64,000 nt of DNA, from positions 27,590,001 to 27,654,000 of the forward strand of contig NC_043015.1 of NCBI RefSeq assembly GCF_006345805.1, read 5' to 3'. Below, piece by piece: positions 38,339 through 52,035 of the stretch. The notes under the pieces are model-generated. The model made no database searches and was not told the DNA's origin. It was given only the letters and a program-made list of their open reading frames with translations. Position 1 is the first letter of the stretch. Each line of letters starts with the position of its first letter. Source of the stretch: Octopus sinensis (lineage: Eukaryota). The position numbers and the translations under genes are program-made.

Positions 38339-38922
38339 TTTTTTGGTCTATCAATGTTGAATCCCCATTACTTTCTTCTAGCATACCCACTTTCATAATT
38401 AATTTAAATTAGAATTATTAATATTAATATTTTTTTTACATTCATTTATTTTATATCTTTACAATAGTTTCCAAAAGCAGAGAGATTGCTATCAAGAACT
38501 TTCTTCTACATTATTTAAAAAAAAAAATTACAAATGTTGAAATCAAAAACTTCAGTATATTCAGTAACCTTAACTTTTAAATTTCTTTCTGTTTCTTTAT
38601 CTCATTTTTAAACCAGGTATAAGATATATTAATTCATTTTTTTTTCTACTTTATTTCTGAAACACCATTAAAATATTACTGAAAAGAAAATATTCAGATA
38701 TTATCAATTAAATTATACAGCCTCAAATATAAATTCAATTATTGATTCCAATACCACTATTGATATTGATACAAACTATTTTGTTTGTTGGAGTAAAGAA
38801 TTAATTGCACAGATCGTTTAGATAAAATTACATTTTCTTTTAATAATTGTGAGCTAATTTTGATTTTATATTCAGATTTAGAAGAAACAGATTTCAATTG
38901 AATAATCGTATTCCAAATTGTA

Positions 38923-38983
<61 letters not shown>

Positions 38984-40904
38984 GAATTAAAACCTTTCAA
39001 AATGGGTTTTTCTTTTTCAAGTTATTAAAGTCATGTTGCCTGCTAATTTATAAACAATAGATAACATTTACAAAAGACATTTGGTAAATTTATGAGCAGT
39101 TTTATACTATTTTATTTTTCCTCTTGAGATTATATCAGAATATAAAATTTCAGAATGTTGAATAGAAAAATTTCATTTGATGTCAATCATTATTAAGCGA
39201 CTATGAATGTGTTACATCTTAGTTGAATGATGAGCAATTTCATGTATCCACTGAATACAGTAACATGTGAATGAAATGATAGGAAACAAATTTTGTTTTT
39301 ATTTCTGTTGTCCATATATTTTGTCTTCCTTCCTCAATTATATTATATCAAAATGTTTCTAGATACTTCTTACTTTCTTTCTTCTTTTCACTCTTTCTTT
39401 ATTTCTTGTTCTAATTGATCATGATCCAATGAGGATGCCTCTAAGTGGGCATTCAACCAGCTAGAAATAACAGCTAAATCTCCCATAAACTATGCCCAGC
39501 CATCTTAGAAAAGAAAGACGTGCTGAATAATATGGTCCTAATTTTACTAGAAAAAGACAGGTAATCATGGCTAGAATGTCTTTGATCATATGTCTGCTTA
39601 AGCTGGTCTGACTTACAGGCCCAATGACAAACAATGGTCTGATCAGTTAATGGCAAGGTCAATTCTACTTTAACATTGATGCTAACATACTCCAAATACT
39701 TAAATATCTTTCAGAAGACAAGAAGCTTGCTCCATGCTAATTTATTCTTTAATCTAGTTAATCAGTAAATACAGTGTTAATTATAACAGAAGCACTCTTA
39801 AGTTGGCCAAAGAAGGTTAATTTTGTCTATAATATATGGAAACATTGCTTATCTAAATATTTTCAGCTTTCTCATTGAAAATGTAATATCTTAGATTCTC
39901 ATCTTTAGTAAATAGAGTTTGCTTTTGTTGTTGTAGATTTATAGCCCTGGGTAATCTCTAATTGAGTGAAACAATGATCAAAGGTGTTTCAGCTATGATC
40001 ATTCTGTCTTTTGGATATTTAGGATGATATTGTTCAATATACTTGTCCCTTTTTAAAACGTCTGGGTATTATTTGACTGAAATTTAATTGCTGCTATTTC
40101 TAGTAAGTTCAGCAACTGCATAGAGAATTGCTACTTGTGATGAAAACAGAGAAGATTTTTTTCATATTATGTAAAAGATATGGGTTAGCACCTCATATTT
40201 CTGTGGTTGGCTTTATCTACTCCAATCCCAGCTGCCTAAATAACTTTTACTCCTAAAAGTTATCTTCATTAAAGCTGAGAAGTGAAGTCAGTAGTTTGTA
40301 TCTTGCCACTTGCTATATATTACTTTTGTGGCTAAGGCATTCAACTCTTACTGACAGAGTACACCTGACTGCAAGTGGTTATCACAAAGTGGTATAATTC
40401 ACTACATTTAAAAAAATAGTGGCAGTACTTTATACAATTTATGACAGCCTCATTCTGGTTCTTTGCTTTTAAAGCCCTCAATAACAAGAGAAAGGCTGTG
40501 GCTTAGTAGAACAGAGGTTCTTGAAGATTCTGGAGGAGGCTGAAAAGATGTTCTCTAGATGTGATTAAGTTACTCAAGAGCATGTTTGTAATCAACTGAC
40601 AAAAGTTCATTGATTCATTTGAAGTGGAAATTAAAAAGACTGGTCATTGAATAAGGTGAGCGTCATGCTTGCTGTTGCTGTTGGAGGCTTGGGTATTATA
40701 AGTACTATGCTCACAAACTGCATTAAAAAAGATATGCAGATGCAGCATCTACAGGAAAATTGTTATTTGTATCTGCTTGAATCCTCCACAAAGTTGTTGC
40801 AATCTGAATGAAGAATGTTACCATAGTCTAGTGGTTGTGGACAGTTGACACTTTGTTACAATTTCCAGCTGTTAAATAAGACAATAATAATGATAATAAT
40901 AATA

Positions 40905-42095
40905 AGCACCCAGAATCTGACATAGAAAGGTTATATATACAATGTATAGAAAGTGGTAGAGGCCTTATAAAGATAGAAAACTATTACAAAATAACCTCCA
41001 TAGGAATGAAAAAATACCTACTTCAGAAGCAACGAAAACTAATACAAATAGCCACAAAACACAAACAACACAAAAAAAACTGCTTTCAGTCTTTAAGGAA
41101 GCTGACAAATACAAATAAGAAGTCATACTACCTAACAACTATGAAGAAGAAGAAGAAGAAACAACAAAAGCTATAAAACAAATGAAATCCAAACTAAAAC
41201 TAGAACAGCATTGGACCATGATAAAATGATGGCAAGAAAAGCCCCTTTATAGCAAATACTGGGCTAAACTAAACGTAAAAGAAATAGACAAAGAAAAATC
41301 CCAGCAATGGCTGAGAAGCTCAGGACTCAAAGCAGAGACTGAAGGATTTTTAATTGCAGCACAAGACCAAAGCCTCCCCACCAGAAATTACCAAAAACAT
41401 ATAATGAAAAGAAACATAAGTGCAAAATATGTGGAGATTGACAAGAAACAATAAATCATGTTATCCCTGGCTGCCCAGTCCTGGCTAAGAAGGAATGTAT
41501 TCATAGACACGACAGAGTTGGGACCTACATACACTGGAAGCTATGCCAGCACTATGGAATAACAACAGAAAAAAGATAGTATAAGCACATGCCAGAAAAG
41601 GTCACAAAAAACGAGAACCATACTCTGGGATATGCCAAAACACACAGATAGAGAAATTAAGGCCAATAGGCCAGATATAGTTGTCAGCAATCAGGAAAAA
41701 AAAATGGTTTTCTAATTGATGTATCAATACCAGCAGATGACAACGTTTCTTTAAAAGAAATAGAGAAGCTTTCAAAATACAAAGACCTGAAAATAGAGAT
41801 AACTCGAATGTGGAATCTAAAAACAGAAACAATTCCTATCATAGTGGACGCATTAGGTTTGATAAAAAAATATTCAGACAAATACATAAAACACCAGGAC
41901 TAACAAATATATATAACATGGAGAAAATAGCATTACTAGGCACTGCACACATCCCACGTAAAACACTTTCAATACAGTAAAATAAGAGCATCACAGCAAA
42001 CCACAGTACATACCCAAAGCACACAGAGCTGTGCTCAGTATTGCAGTGAAAGCACGTTATAAAAATAAGACAACTGAATGATAATAATAATACTA
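40905..42095 (+). mobile_element. R4/Dong-like LINE copy A (same family as copy 1)
   Basis: Starts after (TAA)n with SDIERLY-type sequence; aligns by eye to the reverse complement of 31945-32875; ends gataataataat. Confidence 0.85.
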
Positions 42096-42099
42096 ACAG

Positions 42100-43797
42100 T
42101 AACATCAAGAGGGGTATATTTGCTGTTTGTGATTTGTATGTTACTCCTCACACAGATACTATGGAAAGTGACATTGGGGTACACCTTGAAAAGTGGAGGA
42201 AAATTAAATCATCTATTATGTATGGATGACTTAAAGATCTTTGGGAAGACTGAATGTGAAATAAGTGGCATAATTTCAACAGTACAGATATTGGAATGGT
42301 ATTTGGGACTAAAAAGTATGGTATGCTGATAATAAAAAAAGGCAAAGTAGTGTTATCTGATGGTGTAGAGCTACCCAACAGCAAGCAAATCAATGATATT
42401 GAGATAAATGGATATAAATATCTGGGGGTCTTGGAATACAACAAAATCAAGGAAAGTAAAATGAAAGAAAGATTTAGGTGAGAATATCTCAAGAGAAACA
42501 AATTAATTATGGAAAGTAAGCTCAATGGAACACACAAGATCAGGGCAGTGAACACATGGGCTGTTTTCCTAATGTGATAGGATGCAGGTGCTGTTAAGTA
42601 GATAAAGAAGGAGCTTGAGGAAATGGACAGGAAAACTAAAAAAATAATGACAGTTAACAAGGATCTGCACTCCTAAAGCAATACTGACAGACTGTATATC
42701 CCTATGAACAAGAGCGTAAGAGGCCTCATAGGATGCAAAACCTGTGTTGTCAATGAGAAGAAAAGTCTGGGATGGTACACCAAACAGCAAAGTTAGCTTG
42801 CTGCTATTAAAATTAACAATACAATACCAACCGAAAATGTGATGTTCCCACGAACATTTAAGAAACAAGATGAAGAAAAAAGAATAAACAATTGGAAAAT
42901 GAAATCACTGCATGGGGAATATCTCAGAGAAATTGAGGGAAAAGACAAGATCAACATTTGGAGATGGCTAAGAAAAAGTGATCTGAATGGATGTACTGAG
43001 GCACTGATATGCAGCACCCAGGAACAAGCTCTGAGAACTAATTACACTAAGTTCCAAATAGATAAGAATAGCAAATCACCCCTTTGTAGGATGTGTGCCA
43101 GCAGAAATGAAACAATCTTACATATTGTGAATGAGTGTAGGAAGCTAGTCTAAAAGACTACAAAAGGAGGCACAATAATGTGGTTAAGTTCATCCACTGG
43201 AGGCTATGTGAAAAGTATGGCCTGAACAGCACAGAAATGGTACGAACATAAACCAGAAGGACTCACCAAGAACAAGGAATGTAATATACTGTGGGATTTT
43301 ACAATCCAATGTGACTCCCTAATCGAGACTCAGAAGCCAGATATTGTTGTGGTAGATAAAGGTAAAAAGGAAACTAAGATTATAGATATTGCAATACTTG
43401 GGGATGCAGACATAGATGACAAAGAACTAGATTGCAAAGTACAGTCTAAGAGACAAGATTGCAAGAATGTGGACTAGGAGGAGAGTGTCTGTCATTCCAG
43501 CAGTTGTAGGGGCACTTGGAGCACTAACAACCAAGTTCAAGAAGTACGTCAGAGAAGTCGGAATTGACATGAGAGCAGAGCAAGCCCAAAAACGCTGCTC
43601 TGGTTGGGACAGCTAGGATTTTGAGATTGATACTTGTTTGTTGAATGTCTCCCATGATAATTAACAACCAAATACCAAAGTTTATAATGTGTGGAATGAG
43701 ACTCTGTGAGACCTCTGACAGCAGGTTGCCATCTGCTCTCACAGAATCTACAAGAGCAAACAAGATTGAGTAATCTGAGAAGTAAAACAATAATAAT
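42100..43797 (+). mobile_element. R4/Dong-like LINE copy B (different subfamily)
   Basis: NIKRGIF, LNHLLCMDDLK, YKYLG, SLHGEYLR, CRMC...HIVNEC, KPDIVVVD, IPAVVGALG; TAA tail. Confidence 0.85.
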
Positions 43798-44599
43798 CAC
43801 AATCAACGTCATTTTACATCTGCTTTCCATACTGGCAAGGAAAGTAAATGTAAAATAATGACGAATGGGTTTAACAGGTTGTCACAGTTTGAGTTAGTTA
43901 TATTTGACATTACTGTGCTCTTAGATGGGTCAAACCAGATTTAAGCATTCTTTGGGGCCTTCCTTAGTCTCTGCTCCTTCACCAACTACCATTAAGGTTG
44001 TCTTGTGCCTCTCAAGACAAAATAGTCCTTACTGTTCTATGTTACCTCTGTTCTTTCAAAGCAACATGATTAAGAGGGTAAAAGAGAGTGCAAGACAGAA
44101 ATAAACTACGGTGAAAGAAAATGAATATGATAAGGGAAATGGAGAGGATGATAGAAGAGGGAGTAATGGAAGAGAGAGTGAGAGAGAGAGTGTGTGTGTG
44201 TGTGTGTGTGTATTGAAGGGCATAATAGAAGATAAAACAGTAAATAATAGGTAGTGATGGAAGAGAAGGAATAATGGCAGCTTCATGCTGGATGATAAGT
44301 GAGAAAGTGAGAGATAGAGAGGAGTAGCGATAGGAGATGGTAAGAGATTAATCTGGAGAGAGAAAACGATAGCTAGAAGTACAAAGATGATGATTGGGTG
44401 TTTCAGATATGAACAAATCTGATGCAATCCCTCTTTACATAAGCATCATGATAAAAGAGAGAGATAGAGTGATAAGGATGGTGGTATAGAGAGCACTGAG
44501 TATAAATCAATCTAATACTGTCTGTCTTTAAACAGGCACCATATTATAATAGATAGAAAAGAGGGTATCAAAGAAATAATGAGGGTGTTGGTCAGTAGT

Positions 44600-44960
44600 T
44601 GGAAATATCACTGTCACTATTTTAATATTCCTTTTGCCATTCTTGCATGTGTGGGTAAGTCTTCTTTCTCACACTGTAACTTACTAATAGTTTTGCATTT
44701 TTTGTCAGCTCTTTTGTGAGGCTAAATATTTTCTGGTCAGTCTTCACCACTGTGTTCTGCATCTTCCTAGGTCTCCCTGCTCTTCCACAGTTTCCTTCCA
44801 TTTTGAGTGCCTGGTACTTTTTTTTATACAGCTGTCGTCCTCCATACACATCATAAGCTTGTATGCATTCTGTGCTAGTATAGTCCTCAAGAATATAATG
44901 ATCATTATGAAACCTGCTAACGAAAAGTAAAAGAGGTAGTAGGGCAGGTCTTTCACATTT
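44600..44960 (-). mobile_element. RTE LINE 3' fragment, degenerate
   Basis: EGNCGRAGRPRK and MCMEDDSCIKK resemble the C-terminus of the RTE at 30222-30476. Confidence 0.5.
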
Positions 44961-45251
44961 GAACTATAAAACATTTTCTGCTATGTTCTGTGCAACAAAA
45001 AAAACTTCCACTTTTTTATTTAACAAATAATATTTTATTGAATAAAAAGAATTTTCTTTTCTTTCATGAAAAATGAAATAAAAAAAATTCAATTAACAAT
45101 TTGCTAACATATATGCATGCACTTACGCACACACATGTGGCACACATAGACTTGCACATATGCATCACTCATATATATATAACTATATATATATATATAC
45201 TATATATATATATACTATATATACATATATATACTATATATATACTATATA

Positions 45252-45289
<38 letters not shown>

Positions 45290-45347
45290 TATATATATAC
45301 TATATATATATATATATACTATATATATATATATATGTATATATATA

Positions 45348-45385
<38 letters not shown>

Positions 45386-45612
45386 TATATATATATATAC
45401 TATATATACATATATATACTATATTATACTATATATACTATATATATATATAATATACTATATATATATATACTATATATATATACTATATATATATATA
45501 CTATATATATATATATATATATATGTATAAGGGTGAAAAGGAACACACGAGTTGATATATATGAAAAAACAAGTCAAAAATAGAAAATGCTAAAATAATT
45601 TTATAGTGAACA

Positions 45613-45656
45613 TTTCAGTACCGGTTTCGGTCATTTTGAGACCTTTTCAACTGTAA
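45613..45656 (-). ncRNA. Minimal type I hammerhead ribozyme, U3:A8 variant
   Basis: UUACAG-UUGAAAA-GGUC-ucaaaau-GACC-GAAA-CCGG-UA-CUGAAA. Confidence 0.75.
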
Positions 45657-47033
45657 CGATTAAATAATTAAATTTAGAAAAATTAGAAGAAAAGTTTTTT
45701 TAAAAGAATATTTCTATAGTAGTGTTCAGATTTAAGTGGCATTCTGCCTTTCTCTGACTCCCTTGTTTGTACTTGTGTGTCGGAGGTCGTTGTGAGTTCT
45801 TGGAAGGGTAGTAGAGGAAGAAGGCTGGTGGGGAAAGGGGGATGGGAGAATCTGGGAGTGCCCTGATGGTCGTATTTTGAATGGTCAGTGGCGGCTGGCA
45901 GACTCAGTTCAATTCAGGAGAATATTTATATTGACAGGCTTGTTTATAGAATTAGCGTAGGTTTATAGAATTAGCGTAGGTGTTATACTAAAAAACATTA
46001 CTGACAAAGTTAAGGGGTAGGGGGTGGAGAAGTAGAAGAAGAAGAAGAAGGAGAAGGAGAAGGAGAAGGAGAAGATGACGATGATGGTGGTGGTGGTGAT
46101 GATTATGACGACGATGATGATGATAATGATGATGATGAAGAAGAAGGAGGAGAAGGAGAAGATGGTGGTGATGATGGTGGTGATGATGATGACGACGATG
46201 ATGATGATAATGATGATGATGAAGAAGAAGAGGAAGAAGAAGAAGAAAAAAACAGAGAAGGGGGAATATGAATGGGTGTAAGTATAGCTATGAAGGGGCT
46301 GATTAGTAATGGATTCTATGGAGTGTAATATTTGTAATATATATACACACAAATATTACACTCCATAGAATCCATTACTAATCAGCCCCTTCATAGCTAT
46401 ACTTACACCCATTCATATTCCCCCTTCTCTGTTTATTTCTTCTTCTTCTTCTTCCTCTTCTTCTTCATCATCATCATTATCATCATCATCGTCGTCATCA
46501 TCATCACCACCATCATCACCACCATCTTCTCCTTCTCCTCCTTCTTCTTCATCATCATCATTATCATCATCATCGTCGTCATAATCATCACCACCACCAC
46601 CATCATCGTCATCTTCTCCTTCTCCTTCTCCTTCTCCTTCTCCTTCTTCTTCTTCTACTTCTCCACCCCCTACCCCTTAACTTTGTCACTAATGTTTTTT
46701 AGTATAACACCTACGCTAATTCTATAAACCTACGCTAATTCTATAAACAAGCCTGTCAATATAAATATTCTCCTGAATTGAACTGAGACTGCCAGCCGCC
46801 ACTGACCATTCAAAATACGACCATCAGGGCACTCCCAGATTCTCCCATCCCCCTTTCCCCACCAGCCTTCTTCCTCTACTACCCTTCCAAGAACTCACAA
46901 CGACCTCCGACACACAAGTGCAAACAAGGGAGTCAGAGAAAGGCAGAATGCCACTTAAATCTGAACACTACTATAGAAATATTCTTTTAAAAAAACTTTT
47001 CTTCTAATTTTTCTAAATTTAATTATTTAATCG

Positions 47034-47077
47034 TTACAGTTGAAAAGGTCTCAAAATGGACGAAACCGGTACTGAAA
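47034..47077 (+). ncRNA. Second copy of the U3:A8 hammerhead, stem II weakened
   Basis: Same as 45613-45656 but with GGAC in place of GACC on the 3' side of stem II. Confidence 0.6.
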
Positions 47078-47123
47078 TGTTCACTATAAAATTATTTTAG
47101 CATTTTCTATTTTTGACTTGTTT

Positions 47124-47218
<95 letters not shown>

Positions 47219-47246
47219 ATATATATTATATATATATATATATATA

Positions 47247-47568
47247 TGTGAGGCGCGTGGCTTAGTGGTTAGGGCATTCGGCTCATGATCGTAAGGTTGT
47301 GAGTTCGATTCCCGGCGACGCGTTGTGTCCTTGAGCAAGACACTTTATTTCACGTTGCTCCAGTCCACTCAGCTGGCAAAAATGAGTTGTACTTGTATTT
47401 CAAAGGGTCAGCCTTGTCACTCTCTGTGTCACGCTGATTATCCCCGAGAACTACGTTAAGGGTACACGTGTCTGTGGAATGCTCAGCCATTTGCACGTTA
47501 ATTTCACGAGCAAGCTGTTCCGTTGATCGTATCAGCTGGGACCCTCGTCGTCGTAACCGGCGGAGTCT
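47247..47568 (+). mobile_element. tRNA-derived SINE, family B, young (CpG-rich)
   Basis: GGCGCGTGGCTTAGTGGTTAG A-box, GTTCGATTCC B-box, central tgtgtccttgagcaagacacttt domain; inserted in (TA)n. Confidence 0.85.
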
Positions 47569-47570
47569 TT

Positions 47571-48122
<552 letters not shown>

Positions 48123-48124
48123 AT

Positions 48125-48168
<44 letters not shown>

Positions 48169-48182
48169 ATATATATATATAT

Positions 48183-48320
48183 TCTTCTTTTCTTTTACTT
48201 GTTCAGTCATTTTGACTGCGGCCATGCTGGAGCACCGCTTTTAGTCGAGCAAATCGACCCCGGGACTTATTCTTTGTAAGCCCAGTACTTATTCTATCGG
48301 TCTCTTTTGCCGAACCGCTA
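48183..48320 (-). repeat. Family A SINE 3' fragment
   Basis: cagtcattttgactgcggccatgctggagcaccgc...cttattctatcggtctcttttgccgaac. Confidence 0.7.
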
Positions 48321-48337
48321 TATATATATATATAGAG

Positions 48338-48396
<59 letters not shown>

Positions 48397-48437
48397 ATAT
48401 TATATATATATATTTTATATATATATTATATATATAT

Positions 48438-48472
<35 letters not shown>

Positions 48473-48489
48473 ATATATATATTATTATA

Positions 48490-49516
48490 TATATGTATGA
48501 AAGAATGGAGTCGAATGATGATTTAACAAAATTCCTTTATTCTCGACATATGTTTCGAAGACTGCATATTCTCAATTCCGAAGGAATAAAGGGTGCATTA
48601 TGCTGCCTTCTCATCAGGAAAAACAAGGAACTTATGTCAGCATCATGACGAACAAAAACTTTTAGATGACTGCCCACACGGAGTCCATAGTGATAATGAG
48701 TGTTTCTTTAAAATATTCCGTTATAAGCAGTGACGTTAAAATTGGTTGGATGGAGAAGATTCTAAAGAGTTCAAGAGTTTAAAAATGGTTGGAATGGGAA
48801 AGTTCTAAGAATAGGAGGGTGACAGAGTGCAAGTCGTATGTATGGTGATGCGTTGTTGTTTGCTTTTGCTAATGAGATTGAGTGCCTATGTGTGTGTATG
48901 TATATAACTGCATTCGTGTCTATGTGTGTGTATGTGTGTGCGTGATTGTGTGTGTGTGGGGATAAATGTTAAATACATCTAGTGGTGAAGTGACAGTTTT
49001 ATGTCTGTGTGTTTGTTTGTGCTTATAATAGAGAGAGGGAGAGAGAGAGAGGGGGAGAGGTAGAGAGACAAAGGTAGAACATACCCCAACGAGTTTGGTA
49101 GTAGTTCTTCATGTAACTGAGTATAAAAAAATTTTTCTATGGCGTTGTTGTAGAAGTAGAACCAATTTATTAAATTCAACGAGGTTATCTATATTATTCA
49201 TCATTCATATGAGTGGAAGGTGTGCTTCCTCCAGTGCATGCACCTATAGGATTTTTCTACCATTGTGTTTACTAAAGGGAATTTGGCGAAAAGTATATAG
49301 AAAAGTTCGGAATTACAGACGGCACAATATTTTCTGCCCTTATCAAAAGGAAAGGATACAGACAATATGGACCATTCCAGCTTGAAAGTTATATTGTTGT
49401 CCTTAAGACGCCAAACTAATTTACTTAGTCCTGTACTTTGTTGTTTTCTCTTATCTCGGAAAGTTGAATAATGATTGGAAATTCTATGGGATAATTTAGA
49501 AGTAGTCACCCCAACA
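48490..49516 (-). mobile_element. 5'-truncated Penelope-like element: GIY-YIG C-terminus, 3' UTR and hammerhead
   Basis: HVGVTTSKLSHRISNHYSTF...STGLSKLVWRLKD...EWSIL...CAVCNSE...CMH, typical of the PLE endonuclease end; ends at (TA)n. Confidence 0.85.
48532..48630 (-). ncRNA. Type I hammerhead ribozyme with extended stems
   Basis: UUCCUUGUUUUUC-CUGAUGA-GAAGGC...GUCUUC-GAAA-CAUAUG-UC-GAGAAUAAAGGAA; GUC site, cleavage predicted between 48545 and 48544. Confidence 0.9.
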
Positions 49517-50120
49517 TGGGAGAGTCCGGAAGTGAACACTATTAAATTTATATCTAATGTAGGATAAAATTTTTTTCAAAAAAATTTTATCCTACTTTAG
49601 ATAAAAAATTTTTCGAAAAAATTTTATCCTACATTAGATATAAATTTAATAGTGTTCACTTCCGGACTCTCCCACTCTGTGAGTGCCTCAGTTCAAATCG
49701 CACGTGTCTTGAATGGGCTGGAGTATTTCTATTTTGGATTTATTTGGGGTACTTAGTTGTGCTCATGACTTAGTGTTTGCTTCATCCATGGGTATGAGTA
49801 AGTATCTCATTTACTTCTTTGCCACATGTATCACTGACGAAGGGAGGGTTCTATTTGAACTAACCCTGAAATCGGTCCAATATGGTAATAATGGAATTTT
49901 TTAGAGATTTCTGTCGACCTTTTTCGAGTAGCGTGCGTACTGGGAAAAAAATTATATGGTAAATGGACAATATGTCCAATTTTCGGCATATTTGGCATTA
50001 GAAATTTTTTCGTTTGCCCTTATTTATAAGTTGTTTATAATTTAACCTTTAAAGGTATTTTTTAATATGCTGGCCATTGATAAAATTTTTTTCGAAAAAA
50101 TTTTATCCTACATTAGATAT
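49517..50120 (+). mobile_element. ~480-bp hammerhead-bearing unit bounded by direct repeats, with an inverted 5' arm
   Basis: aaaaaattttatcctacattagatat at ~49618 and ~50095; 49517-49585 is inverted versus 49617-49674; CTGACGA...GAAATCGGTC at 49834-49877. Confidence 0.6.
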
Positions 50121-50431
50121 ATATATATAAACATATATGTAAAAGCATTGCAGTGTCTTAGTAAATCACTGCAAATTTATTTGCATGAGTTAATAATCAG
50201 AATGTTCAGGTATTGGGATCATTTTAAGTCATTGGTTTATATACTTCAATTTCTTTTTTTTTTTTTTCTTTTGGTACAAGTTGGTCTTAACTAATATAGA
50301 GATTATAAATTATTTTGAAACCATCTTAGTCATATTAATAATTCGAGTTTTGAATATTGTTTTCTTTGATGATTGTGAATTTCTTGTCATGTGTTTGTGA
50401 AGATATGATGAAAGGTTAAGGTAGGATAGCG

Positions 50432-50741
50432 ACCATATTTGATGGCCTAGGCTATACTTTTGTAAAATAAATGACCACTAAAATTATGTTTTAATTCCTC
50501 CATTTATCTGTATAACTTTATGTTATTACCAGCAATTATAAGCAATTCAGTGCATCCACATTAAATATAAACATACTGCAGGTGTTTGTTCACCAATAAA
50601 TGGCAGCACACATTTTGTAAACATACATACCGTTTTGAGCAAGTTTTGAGCCTACATTGAGTGCATTGGATGCAAGGAGATTTTTTAAGCCACTTTTGGG
50701 TAAAAAAAAAAAGGTGAGTCTTATAGGCCATCAAATATGGT
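50432..50741. mobile_element. pogo/Tc1-type MITE
   Basis: Perfect 18-bp TIR ACCATATTTGATGGCCTA (50432-50449; 50724-50741). Confidence 0.7.
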
Positions 50742-51819
50742 ATTTAGTACAGATATCACACTTTATATATCAACATTATCATAAATTGACACTTATTCCT
50801 TTTTCACAGTTGGATCTTAAATTAGAAAGCATAGCAGAGGTAAATCATATTATAATCACACTATCATACAAAATGGTGTCACACTGCAAGATGGTATACA
50901 ATATAGTATTACAGGTGTAAAACACCATGCAGTATGGTGTCACACACACCATGAGACCACTTCTTGTTTGTGAAATAATTTTCATTTCTCTACTTTTCAG
51001 TAAAAGATGATAAATCTTGATGCATTAGTTATGCTTGTCTATCGCTCATATTCGGAGGTGACATATCTAACTTATAATCTCTCTAATGCATTAGATAAAT
51101 ACACTTTATGACATTCTGTGATACAACCAGGAAGAAATTCACTTTTAATTTTTCTAAATAAAAATCAAGAGAAAAGAATAGGAAATTGTTTCTCTGGCTA
51201 CTCATTCTACCTATTAACTTTCATATAAAGAGACAAAGTGAGTAAGAAGGCATTAATATAAGTGTGAAATAGATAATTAAGATCCAACTGCCTAATCAGG
51301 GTAAAGTATTCCAGCAGATCAAAAGTTGGCTATAAGATATTCATAGCTAGGGTGAGTAAGAAAGAGACAAAGGGTGGACAAGCAACTGAGAATGGCAGGA
51401 GTACATTTATGTGAGCTGTTGCATGAACATATTCATGTTGCAAGATTAGGGTGGATATTCACAGCTGTTCCAGAGATTTGGTGATTGGTAAATGCTGTAA
51501 TGCTTATTATGCTAAAAGGTATATATAATGAAGTAATAATTTTGCACAGCAGGTGAGCAAAAATATTATCAACCATGCTTCATGTGAGTTGATAATATTT
51601 TTACTTCTTTGCTGTGTATGATTATTGTTACTCTTTTTCGATCCTCTGTCTCTATTCTCTCTTATATACTTTTAGTGTCATGGGGGTACACCCTCACCAT
51701 CTCTTTCCAGCTGGAGAACACATGTATTTTTTCTTCAATCAAGGCACCTGTTCTTGATTTTCTATTATTACCTTAAAGCCACTTCTTTCAATGCTACACT
51801 TCCACTCAGCTAAGGAGTC

Positions 51820-52035
51820 TTGTTTTACAGGTTACTTGGTGACCTCACTAGTGCAGGTGTCAATGAAAAAGCATCTAGTACACTTTGTGTTAAGTGGCTG
51901 GCTTTAGGAAGAACATCCAGCCATAGAAACTATGTCTAAAGCAGATAGTGGAGCTTTGCACAGCCCTTTAGCTTGTCAATTCCTGTCAAACCCATGCCTG
52001 CATCGAAAATGGACAAAAAACAATAATGATAATGC
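51820..52035 (+). repeat. Degenerate RTE 3' UTR copy
   Basis: aaaaagcatctagtacac...ttaggaagaacatccagcc...cccatgcctgcatcgaaaatgg. Confidence 0.55.

Larger units (their letters stand above)
45556..47130. mobile_element. ~1.6-kb near-perfect palindrome of a PLE-type 3' end
   Basis: 45556-46335 is the reverse complement of 46349-47130 with a 13-bp spacer and only a handful of differences; (TA)n on both sides. Confidence 0.9.

Noticed and set aside
47247-47320. tRNA gene
   Set aside because: A and B boxes are present, but the sequence continues into a SINE body and lacks a complete acceptor stem and terminator.
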